Shown: in pieces, positions 37,051 through 45,442 of the stretch
Position numbering within the stretch: position 1 is the stretch's first letter
How the letters are laid out: each line of letters starts with the position of its first letter
Assembly (NCBI GenBank): GCA_046290225.1
Contig: JBKAGE010000078.1
Location: forward strand, 192,001-256,000
DNA length: 64,000 bases
Origin: Bradymonadia bacterium
GTDB taxonomy: Bacteria > Myxococcota_A > Bradymonadia > UBA7976 > UBA1532
Direction of reading: 5' to 3'
Translations under genes and position numbers: made by a program
The notes under the pieces: model-generated
Database searches by the model: none
Told to the model about the DNA's origin: nothing
What the model saw: the letters and a program-made list of their open reading frames with translations, nothing else

Positions 37051-38247
37051 GTGCGCAACGAGACACATGAACGAGCGGGCTCGAGACGACACAGCGTGCG
37101 CACGTCACTGCTGAGCGTGGGCCTGCTGAGCGTGGGCCTGCTGTGGGGTTGTGGCGCGGAAGACGAGACGGCCCCAGTCTACGCGGACCCGGGCCAGACC
37201 TGCCCCACCATCGCCGAGCAGGCGCCCCAGCTGACGGTCCTGCTCGAAGACGATGCGCTCCCGGGCATCTCCCGAGTCATGGGCGAAATCGTCTCCGACG
37301 ATCAGCTTGCGGCTGCGCTCGACGGCACGCTTCGCCTGATGGCCCGGCTCACCGAAGAGGAGATCAGCAACCTCGTGGCCATCGCGGGACACCCCTCGCT
37401 CTCTGGTGCGACCCACCAGCTCGAGAGCATGTTGCACATCATGCAATCGGGCCCCGAGGGTCTACGCAGCGATGTGCTCGAGGAGATCCAGTTTCTGCTG
37501 CAAACCTGCGAGGGCGGTCGAACCTTCGACGCCCTCGGCGGGCTCTTCGACGCCCCTGAGATCCCTCAGGCGCTCAACGCGCTGGGCGCCGCGCTCAAGC
37601 TGCCCGAGATCCAAGCCCTGCTCTCCGGAGAGGGCCCGGACCCATCGGTGCTGGGCCGCGCAGGCTTCAACGCCATCGTGGGCAACATGCTGCTCAAGCT
37701 CACCGAGCCCGGCTACGACTTCGACGCCGACGTTCGGCGCCCTCTGGCCGAGCTCGGGGTGCTCCCCCTCGACACCCCGCCCCTGCTCACCCTGATGGAC
37801 GCCCTGAGCGGCGTCATGTCGCCTGAGCGTGGGGTGCAGCGTGCTCTCTCTGACCTGGTGTGTTGCGGCTTCTATGGCACCCCGACGTGCTCCACCGGGG
37901 GTACTCTGCGGGACAGCCCGCCCATCTTGAGAAACCTGGGGTACGACCTGCTCCTCGCCCAAAGTGTGGCCCCCACCTCGCCCACCAACACAGACTTGTT
38001 CGAGGCCCTCGGCGTGCTCGCCGGTGATCCGATCATCTCGGCGGCCCTTCAGCCGCTGAACACAGTCCTCGATCAGATGGCTGAAGATGCCGACCTGCGG
38101 GCCGCCCTCGTCGACATGATGGTCACGATTTTGGAGCCCGAGAACATGGCGTTGATGCTGCCGGATCTCGAGCACATGATCAGCGCCGGCGCCGCGGATG
38201 AGCTCTTCGGCCTGTTCGGCCTCTTCACGGGCACGTGTACGCCATGA
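37051..38247 (+). CDS. Hypothetical acidic, helix-rich lipoprotein
   Basis: LLWGC lipobox (start may be GTG 37096); ATGA coupling to the downstream OMP; 15-bp duplication (LLSVG x2, 37108-37143) in the signal peptide. Confidence 0.75.
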   Translation: MRNETHERAGSRRHSVRTSLLSVGLLSVGLLWGCGAEDETAPVYADPGQTCPTIAEQAPQLTVLLEDDALPGISRVMGEIVSDDQLAAALDGTLRLMARLTEEEISNLVAIAGHPSLSGATHQLESMLHIMQSGPEGLRSDVLEEIQFLLQTCEGGRTFDALGGLFDAPEIPQALNALGAALKLPEIQALLSGEGPDPSVLGRAGFNAIVGNMLLKLTEPGYDFDADVRRPLAELGVLPLDTPPLLTLMDALSGVMSPERGVQRALSDLVCCGFYGTPTCSTGGTLRDSPPILRNLGYDLLLAQSVAPTSPTNTDLFEALGVLAGDPIISAALQPLNTVLDQMAEDADLRAALVDMMVTILEPENMALMLPDLEHMISAGAADELFGLFGLFTGTCTP

Positions 38248-39566
38248 TGAACCGGTTGCCTCTCGTCGCCCTCGGGGCGCTCCTCTGCGCGACCCCTGCC
38301 CAGGCCTCTGTGCTCGAGATCTTCGGCTTCAGCGCGCGGGGTACGGCCATGGGCAGCGCCCAGACCGCCGCGGCCAACGACTACACCGCCACCTTCTACA
38401 ACCCCGCGGCGCTCACGGTGCCCAAGCGCGTCATCGTCGGCGCGGGGGTCGTGGGTATGCTGCCTCGCCTCACCGTCGATCGGGACTTCAGCCAGATCAA
38501 CCAGCGAGACATCGAGGCCAGCTACCCCGGAGACGCCGGGGGCTTCACCCTCGGCGCCCTGTTCCCTCTCGGCGGCCTCATCGACAACCGCGTCGCCGTG
38601 GGTGTAGGGGTCTATGTGCCCACCCTGGCCCTCGTGCGGGGTGAGGGTGTGGACAGCCAGCGGCCACAGTTCTATCGCTACGAAAACCTGCCCGACAAAT
38701 ATGTGCTGCTCACATCCGTGGCCTTCGAATTCACCGACTGGATCTCCATCGGCATCGGCGCTCAGGTCCTCGCCCAACTCAACGGCGCAGTGCTGGCGCA
38801 GATCGACGTGCCCAACGGGCGGGTGAACTCCAGACAAATCGAAGTAGAGCTGCGACCCACTGCGGCCCCCGTGGCGGGGGTGCATGTGCGGCCCACGTCG
38901 AACCTCAGCTTTGGCCTGTCGTGGCGCGGCAACGTGCAGCTCGACTACGGCCTGCCGGCAGAGATCCAGCTCGAGGAGCTGCTCAGCCTCGACCTGCAGC
39001 TCGGCGGCACGGTGCTCTACCACCCCGACATCGTCACCCTCGGCGCCGCGTGGCAGATCTCCGACGACTGGCTCACCTCGCTCGACGTCAGCTACGCATG
39101 GTGGTCCGGCGCCCCTGATCCGTCGCCCCGCCTCGCCCTCGACATCAGCGGCACGCTCGTCGACGGGCTGGGCCTCGAAGAGCGCCTGGACGGCGGCTCT
39201 GGCAACCCCATCGATCTGTCGTTCAAAGATGTGCCCCAGGTGCGCCTGGGCGTGGAACACACCCCCATCGACGCCCTGGCCATTCGAGCAGGCTATAGCT
39301 GGCGGCCCACGCCGGCGCCGATCCCTTCTGGCGCCTTCAACTACATCGACACCGACGCCCACATCGTCTCTCTGGGCCTCGGCGTGGTGTTCCAGGACCC
39401 CCTCGAGATCAGGCGCAACCCCATCCACCTCGACGCGGTCTATCAGGGCACCGTGATGGCCTCCACCCGGGTGGACAAAGCCGCCGGCACTCGGGATCCC
39501 GTGGGCGGATATGACGCCGGGGGCGTCGTGCACTTCATCGGGCTCACCTTCCGCCACGATCTCTGA
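38244..39566 (+). CDS. FadL/OmpP1/TodX-family outer-membrane transporter
   Basis: Signal peptide then GFSARGTAMGSAQTAAANDYTATFYNPAAL; C-terminal strand FIGLTFRHDL. Confidence 0.88.
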   Translation: MMNRLPLVALGALLCATPAQASVLEIFGFSARGTAMGSAQTAAANDYTATFYNPAALTVPKRVIVGAGVVGMLPRLTVDRDFSQINQRDIEASYPGDAGGFTLGALFPLGGLIDNRVAVGVGVYVPTLALVRGEGVDSQRPQFYRYENLPDKYVLLTSVAFEFTDWISIGIGAQVLAQLNGAVLAQIDVPNGRVNSRQIEVELRPTAAPVAGVHVRPTSNLSFGLSWRGNVQLDYGLPAEIQLEELLSLDLQLGGTVLYHPDIVTLGAAWQISDDWLTSLDVSYAWWSGAPDPSPRLALDISGTLVDGLGLEERLDGGSGNPIDLSFKDVPQVRLGVEHTPIDALAIRAGYSWRPTPAPIPSGAFNYIDTDAHIVSLGLGVVFQDPLEIRRNPIHLDAVYQGTVMASTRVDKAAGTRDPVGGYDAGGVVHFIGLTFRHDL

Positions 39567-39602
39567 GCGCGGCCCACGGCGGCCCGCCGCCGAACGAGAT
39601 CC

Positions 39603-39631
39603 GTGCACACATCATGGGGGCGCGGTATAAC
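39603..39631 (+). promoter_or_regulatory. Possible sigma70 promoter of prfC
   Basis: GTGCAC-17 bp-TATAAC; the -35 match is weak. Confidence 0.35.
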
Positions 39632-39675
39632 CCCCGCCGAATTCCCTAGAGAGTCCCTTTCGAGAAGGAGCCCCC

Positions 39676-41268
39676 ATGACCACCCCCGCAGAGCTGAAGC
39701 GGGAGCTGGAGCGGCGACGCACGTTCGCCATCATCAGCCACCCTGACGCCGGCAAGACCACCATCACCGAGAAGCTGCTGCTCTTCGGGGGTGCCATTCA
39801 GACCGCCGGCGCCGTGCGGGCCAAACGCAACGCCCAGCACACCACATCCGACTTCATGAAGATGGAGCGGGAGCGCGGCATCTCGATCTCCACGGCGGTC
39901 ATGAGCTTCGACTACAAGGGTCGAAACGTGAACCTGCTCGACACCCCGGGCCACGCCGACTTCAGCGAGGACACCTACCGGGTGCTCACCGCCGTGGACT
40001 CGTCGCTCATGGTGCTCGACGGCGCCAAGGGCGTAGAGCAGCGGACCATGGCCCTCATGGACGTCTGCCGCATGCGGGACACCCCGGTGATGACCTTCAC
40101 CAACAAGTTCGACCGGGACTGCCTCGATCCCTTCGATCTGCTCGACGATGTGGAGAAGAAGCTGGGCATAACGTGTTGCCCCATCACCTGGCCCATCGGC
40201 ATGGGCAAGGATTTCCAGGGGGTCTACGATCTCGTGGGCAAGCGGGTGGTGTTCTACGAGGCCGCCTCCCGTGGCCGCATGAACGAGATCGTCGAGCTTC
40301 AAGATCCTGACGACGCCGCCCTGGACGATCTCATCGGCGAGCAGCTCGCCGAGAAGCTCCGAGAAGACCTCATGCTCATCGAGGCCCTTGATCCCTTTGA
40401 TCGAGAGGCATATCTGAAGGGCCTGCAGACGCCGGTCTTCTTCGGCAGCGCCATCAACAACTTCGGGGTCCGGGAGCTGCTGGACCACTTCGTGGAGTAC
40501 GCCCCCCAGCCTCAGGCCCGGGCCACCGATCAGCGCACCGTCGAGCCCAACGAGGAGAAGCTCTCGGGCTTCGTCTTCAAGATCCAGGCGAACCTCGACC
40601 CCGCCCACCGGGATCGCATGGCCTTCATGCGCATCACCTCGGGGAAGTACGAGCGGGGCATGAAGCTGTTCCACGTACGCACCGGGCGGCAGATGGCGAT
40701 CCACAACGCCACCACCTTCCTCGCTCGGGATCGCACCGTCACTGAAGAGGCGTGGCCCGGCGACATCATCGGCCTGCACAACCACGGCGCCATCCGGATC
40801 GGCGACACCTTCACCCTCGGCGAGAAGGTGAAGTTCACCGGCATCCCCTCCTTCGCGCCGGAGCTGTTCCGCCGTGCCATTTTGCGGGATCCGCTGAAGT
40901 CGAAGGCCCTGGCCAAGGGGCTCAAGGAGCTTTCAGAAGAAGGCGCCGCTCAGCTGTTCCGCCCCATCGACGGCACCGAGTACATCATCGGCGCCCTCGG
41001 GGTGCTGCAGTTCGACGTCATCCGCAGCCGCCTGGAGAACGAGTATCGGGTGCGTGCAGAGTTCGAAGCGGTGCCTTACACCGCCATGCGCTGGCTCGCC
41101 TGCGACGACGACAAGAAGCTGGACACCTTCATCAGCCAGAACCGGGCCCGCATCTTCCGCGACGTGATGGATCAGCCCGTGTTCCTCGCCAACAGCGACT
41201 GGGCCATCAACTACGCGTCGGAGAATCACCCCGACGTGGTCTTCATGAAGACGATGGAGATTCAGTAG
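39676..41268 (+). CDS. prfC: Peptide chain release factor 3
   Basis: RRRTFAIISHPDAGKTTITEKLLL, DTPGHADFSEDTYR, FKIQANLDPAHRDR, LSEEGA. Confidence 0.98.
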   Translation: MTTPAELKRELERRRTFAIISHPDAGKTTITEKLLLFGGAIQTAGAVRAKRNAQHTTSDFMKMERERGISISTAVMSFDYKGRNVNLLDTPGHADFSEDTYRVLTAVDSSLMVLDGAKGVEQRTMALMDVCRMRDTPVMTFTNKFDRDCLDPFDLLDDVEKKLGITCCPITWPIGMGKDFQGVYDLVGKRVVFYEAASRGRMNEIVELQDPDDAALDDLIGEQLAEKLREDLMLIEALDPFDREAYLKGLQTPVFFGSAINNFGVRELLDHFVEYAPQPQARATDQRTVEPNEEKLSGFVFKIQANLDPAHRDRMAFMRITSGKYERGMKLFHVRTGRQMAIHNATTFLARDRTVTEEAWPGDIIGLHNHGAIRIGDTFTLGEKVKFTGIPSFAPELFRRAILRDPLKSKALAKGLKELSEEGAAQLFRPIDGTEYIIGALGVLQFDVIRSRLENEYRVRAEFEAVPYTAMRWLACDDDKKLDTFISQNRARIFRDVMDQPVFLANSDWAINYASENHPDVVFMKTMEIQ

Positions 41269-41273
41269 CCCCT

Positions 41274-41305
41274 CTGCTCGTCGGCCCTGCTCGTCGGCCC
41301 TGCTC
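41274..41305. repeat. 13-bp tandem repeat CTGCTCGTCGGCC x2.5 between convergent prfC and murJ
   Basis: 41274-41286, 41287-41299, partial 41300-41305. Confidence 0.8.
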
Positions 41306-42833
41306 AGCGCCTGAGCAACCGGCGGATCAACCAGCGAGTCTCTTCCACCTTCAAGGCATACGCCCCCACGAAGGTGATCACCACGGCGCCGCCACCGGCG
41401 ATGCCGCCGCTGAGCAGAGGCGGCATCGCTTCGCTCAACAGCCCCACGACCCAGATGCCCAGCGCCGTAGCCCCTGCGGCCACGGGCAGCAGCCGCACGA
41501 GCAAGTCGGTGATGCCCGGCCCGCTGGCTCGGGGCCCATCAAGGGCACGTCTCAGCGCCCACATCAGCAACAGCACGTACACCAGAATGCTCATGGAAGA
41601 GGCCACGCCGAGGCCGAGTCCGCCGTACGACCCGTACAGCCACCAGTACACCGGCAGCATGGCCAGCACGACGATGGTGCCGATGACTGTGGGTGGCCAG
41701 GTCTGCCCTCGGGCATAGAAGCCTCGAGCCACGAGCCCTTGAGCGGACCAGCCCATGAGGCCGCCACAGAGAATGCCGGTGTAGAGCCCGATGTCCTGCA
41801 GGCCCTGGGCGTCGATGCGCCCTGATCCCCAGATGACCTGAGCCACCTGGACGCCGGCCACGGTGAGCCCCACCTGGGCGAGGACCGCCAACAACAGGAG
41901 CGCCCGCAGCGCCCGCACCAGGGTGGACCACGCCTCGACGGTCTCGCCGGCGTTCATCATGCGCGAGAGTGTGGGGAACGCCGCCATGCCCAGGGCGAGG
42001 CCAAAGACCCCCATGGGCACCTTCATCAGGGTGCGGGCGTAGCCCATCTGCGCCACGAGGCCCCCCTGCTCCGAGGCGAAGTAGGTCACCAGCCAGTCAT
42101 CCACCATGACCACGGAGAAGCCCAGCATGATGGGCAGCGCCCGGACGAAGTAGCGCTTCACGTCGGGGTGGCTGGGCTCCAGACGCCATCGCCACCGCAC
42201 GCCCAGCCGAATGGCGCCGAGGAGCGGCAACCCGAAGGGCCCCAGCGCCGCCCCAACGACCGCACCCCACGCGAAAGCATACTCACCATACTCAGGGCCC
42301 CAAATGAGCCCTGCGCCGACGATGCACCCGGTGTAGACCAGCGGCGCCAGGGCCGGCAGGCTGTGACGATCTTCAGCTTGGAGGGTGGCAGAGAGCAGGC
42401 CCCCGACGGCGTGAAAGAGCGCCGTAGGCAGCACGATGCGGTACAGCGAAACGAGGGCTTCTTGTTTCTCTGGGGCAAACCCTGGGGCGAGCTTCGGCGC
42501 CACCACCGGCGCCAACCACCACGCCACGGCGATCAGCACCAGGGCGCCGAGCCCCAACAGGTTGCCCACGGCGGCACAGGCCCGCCACCCACCCGCCTCG
42601 TCTCCATCAGCACGATGCTTCTGAAACAACGGGATGAAGACGAGGGAGATGGCCCCACCGGCGAGCAGGTAGAGCAGGTAGTCGGGCAAGACGAACGACG
42701 CCCGAAAGATGTCGGCGCCGTCTCCATCGCCGAGGGTGCGACCGATGACCGCTTCTCGCACGAGGCCGATGAGCCGCGAGAGCAGGTTGGCCAGCCCATA
42801 GATCAGGGCGGCGACGCCGATTTGACGGCTCAT
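41304..42833 (-). CDS. murJ: Lipid II flippase MurJ (MviN)
   Basis: LLSRLIGLVRE, ADIFRASFVLPD, GGAISLVFIP, PMGVFG, RGFYARGQTWPP; many TM helices. Confidence 0.9.
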   Translation of the reverse strand: MSRQIGVAALIYGLANLLSRLIGLVREAVIGRTLGDGDGADIFRASFVLPDYLLYLLAGGAISLVFIPLFQKHRADGDEAGGWRACAAVGNLLGLGALVLIAVAWWLAPVVAPKLAPGFAPEKQEALVSLYRIVLPTALFHAVGGLLSATLQAEDRHSLPALAPLVYTGCIVGAGLIWGPEYGEYAFAWGAVVGAALGPFGLPLLGAIRLGVRWRWRLEPSHPDVKRYFVRALPIMLGFSVVMVDDWLVTYFASEQGGLVAQMGYARTLMKVPMGVFGLALGMAAFPTLSRMMNAGETVEAWSTLVRALRALLLLAVLAQVGLTVAGVQVAQVIWGSGRIDAQGLQDIGLYTGILCGGLMGWSAQGLVARGFYARGQTWPPTVIGTIVVLAMLPVYWWLYGSYGGLGLGVASSMSILVYVLLLMWALRRALDGPRASGPGITDLLVRLLPVAAGATALGIWVVGLLSEAMPPLLSGGIAGGGAVVITFVGAYALKVEETRWLIRRLLRR

Positions 42834-42843
42834 CGAGGGCCCC

Positions 42844-43671
42844 TCACTCGGGGGAGGCCGACGCAGGTGGGGAGAAGACGCGCAGGAGCCCGCCTACGCC
42901 CACGGCCACACAGATCGCCCCCAGCAGGTCGAACCACACAGGCTGATAGACAACCTGGTCGACTGATGGCACATCGAAGCCTGGGAGGTTGGGCGCCAGG
43001 CCCAGGGCCATGAGCGACAGCAACAAGGGCATCGGCAGGGTGGACAGCGCAGCGACGGTTGCCGAGCCCGTACACGCGAAGAGCCACGCACCAAAGGCGA
43101 AAAGCGGAGCCACCAGAATGAGCGGATGGCCCAGGCCCTCCGCCATAATCCCCGCCCAGAAGCCGAGCATGGGGACCACCGTCCAACGTTCGAAACGGGT
43201 GAGCAGATGGCGGGCGATGAGCCCATTGAAAACCCAGGAGATCGTCACCAGTGAGAGGGCCACCACAAAGGTGGCTTCCCACGGGCTCACCTCCAGCCCA
43301 CCTTCTGGCGTCATAGGAATCGGCGGGGGCGCCGTGGACATGCTCTCGAGGACGTTGTCCACCTCAGAGGCCAGGATCAAGAAGCCGAGGGCTGCGATGA
43401 TGCTCAGCACCAAGATCTGCACGGTTGGCAATCGTGTGCTCAGGGGCGGCGCATCAGGGGCCACCTTCTGGTCGACGACATAGGCCGCGGCGAGGCCAGC
43501 GAGAGCGGCGACCCCTGCACCGAGCAAGGGGGCCTGGATCGCCGCCAGAGCCACCAGGGTGACCATGGTGGCCACCAACCAGCCTACAGCGATGAGGAAA
43601 GCCAGCTGCAGTGACTTCAGGGGCGAGGGCTGCTCGCCTCCCCCGCCGTTCTTGGGATCGTGCTCAGACAT
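42844..43671 (-). CDS. Membrane protein; degenerate CPBP (Abi/CAAX-protease-like) homolog
   Basis: About 8 TM segments; ILASEVDN, WVFNGLIARHLLTRF (where EExxFRG is expected), WLFACTGS, QPVWFDLLG; catalytic EE and H not seen. Confidence 0.6.
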   Translation of the reverse strand: MSEHDPKNGGGGEQPSPLKSLQLAFLIAVGWLVATMVTLVALAAIQAPLLGAGVAALAGLAAAYVVDQKVAPDAPPLSTRLPTVQILVLSIIAALGFLILASEVDNVLESMSTAPPPIPMTPEGGLEVSPWEATFVVALSLVTISWVFNGLIARHLLTRFERWTVVPMLGFWAGIMAEGLGHPLILVAPLFAFGAWLFACTGSATVAALSTLPMPLLLSLMALGLAPNLPGFDVPSVDQVVYQPVWFDLLGAICVAVGVGGLLRVFSPPASASPE

Positions 43672-43741
43672 CGGCGGGCACCCTACAGCGGGGTGTCATG
43701 GACGTCTAGTGCCAGGGCATGGGCCCTGATACATTGCCGCC

Positions 43742-45436
43742 ATGTCTACAATGCGCTCCGTCTACACCAACATCCGCGCCGCCCGTACGGCCATCAAGGA
43801 TGTTGGCCGCCTGCGTCAGATCGCCTCGGTTCTGGTGCGCCACGGTCTCGGCCACGTCGTCGAGTCCTGGAACCTTCAGGACAAGTTCCTGCTGGGTCTC
43901 ATGGTGCCTCAGACCCCGGTGGGCATGAAGCAGAAGTCATTGCCAGCCCGGGTCACCGAGGCCACCCAGCAATTGGGCCCCACCTTCGTGAAGCTCGGGC
44001 AGATCCTGTCCACGCGGCCCGATCTCATCCCTCAGGAGTTCTGCGACGCCCTCGCCACCCTGCAAGATCAGGTGCTGCCCATCGAGGCCGAGGCCGCCCG
44101 GAAAGTGATCAGGGACTCCACGGGCCGCGACGTGGACGACATCTTCGCCGAGTTCGACGACGAGCCCCTCGCCTGCGCCAGCATCGCCCAGGTGCACACT
44201 GCGCGTCTGAGGACCGGCGAAGAGGTGGTGGTGAAGGTGCAGAGGCCGGGCATCCGGGCCACCATCGAGAGCGATCTGCACATCTTGTACTTCGCCGCCC
44301 GGCAGCTCGAGGCCACCATCCCCGAAGCCCAGGCCTTCGACCCGGTCTCCATCACCCGAGAGTTCGAGAAGGCCATCATCCGGGAGCTCGACTTCACCTA
44401 CGAGGCCGATCACCTGCAGCGGTTCGATCGCAACTTCGAGGATGATCCTGGGGCCCACATCCCCAAGCTGTACCGCGAGTACTCCACGAGCCACGTGATG
44501 GTGATGGAGCGCCTCAAGGGCTGCAAAATCACCGAGGGCGCCCAGCACGGCCACGACATGGAGGCAGTGGCCAAGAACGCTGTGCGGGTGCTCTTCACCA
44601 TGGTCTTCGAGCACGGGTTCTTCCACGGCGATCTGCACCCCGGGAACGTCTTCATCCTCGAGGGCGGCCGCATGGGCCTCATCGACTTCGGCCTCGTGGG
44701 CCGGATGACCCCGACGATGAAGGACATGATGGCCGATCTGCTCATGGCCATCGTCACCAGCGACTATGAAGGCGTGGCCCGCAGCTTCTACGAGATCTGC
44801 ATCCGCCGCGGCCCGGTGAACTACGGTGAGTTCGAGTCCGACGTCATCGAGCTGATGGAGCGTTACTTCAGCCACAAGACCCTCGCCGAGGTGGACTTCG
44901 GCGCCTTCATCCGCGATCTCGTCGAGGGAGCCATCCGCCACAACGTCACCGTGCCCCCCGACTACACGATGTTCTTCAAGGCCATCATGACCGTAGAGGG
45001 CATCGGCAAGGCCATCGCCCCCGATCTCGACCTCATCGGTGAATGTCAGCCCTATGTAGAGAAGCTGATCCTCGCCCGGTACAGCCCCGAGCGGGTGATG
45101 AAGTCGGCAGCAGACACGCTGCAGGCCTTCGCGCGGTTCGGGCGGCAGTTCCCCATCACCGCGCATCAGTTCCTGTCTCAGATCGAAGACGGCAAGCTCT
45201 CGATCGGGGTGGAGCACCAGCAGCTCGAGCAGCTCGAGAAGGGTCGGGCCGAGCGGAGCAACCGCGCCGTCACGGGGGCCATCGCCGGCGTGCTCATGCT
45301 CTGCGGCACCCTCGTGCGTCACGATCCCGGCTTTACCCTCTTCGGGATGCCCGGGCTGAGTGCGGTGTTGTGGATCATCGGCGGCGGCATCGCCAGCCGG
45401 GTGCTGTGGCGCATCTACCGCTCAGGTCACTGGTGA
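43742..45436 (+). CDS. AarF/ABC1/UbiB-family atypical kinase
   Basis: LGPTFVKLGQILSTRPD, ASIAQVH, VVKVQRPG, FFHGDLHPGN, IDFGLVG; two C-terminal TM. Confidence 0.93.
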   Translation: MSTMRSVYTNIRAARTAIKDVGRLRQIASVLVRHGLGHVVESWNLQDKFLLGLMVPQTPVGMKQKSLPARVTEATQQLGPTFVKLGQILSTRPDLIPQEFCDALATLQDQVLPIEAEAARKVIRDSTGRDVDDIFAEFDDEPLACASIAQVHTARLRTGEEVVVKVQRPGIRATIESDLHILYFAARQLEATIPEAQAFDPVSITREFEKAIIRELDFTYEADHLQRFDRNFEDDPGAHIPKLYREYSTSHVMVMERLKGCKITEGAQHGHDMEAVAKNAVRVLFTMVFEHGFFHGDLHPGNVFILEGGRMGLIDFGLVGRMTPTMKDMMADLLMAIVTSDYEGVARSFYEICIRRGPVNYGEFESDVIELMERYFSHKTLAEVDFGAFIRDLVEGAIRHNVTVPPDYTMFFKAIMTVEGIGKAIAPDLDLIGECQPYVEKLILARYSPERVMKSAADTLQAFARFGRQFPITAHQFLSQIEDGKLSIGVEHQQLEQLEKGRAERSNRAVTGAIAGVLMLCGTLVRHDPGFTLFGMPGLSAVLWIIGGGIASRVLWRIYRSGHW

Positions 45437-45442
45437 GGCGCT

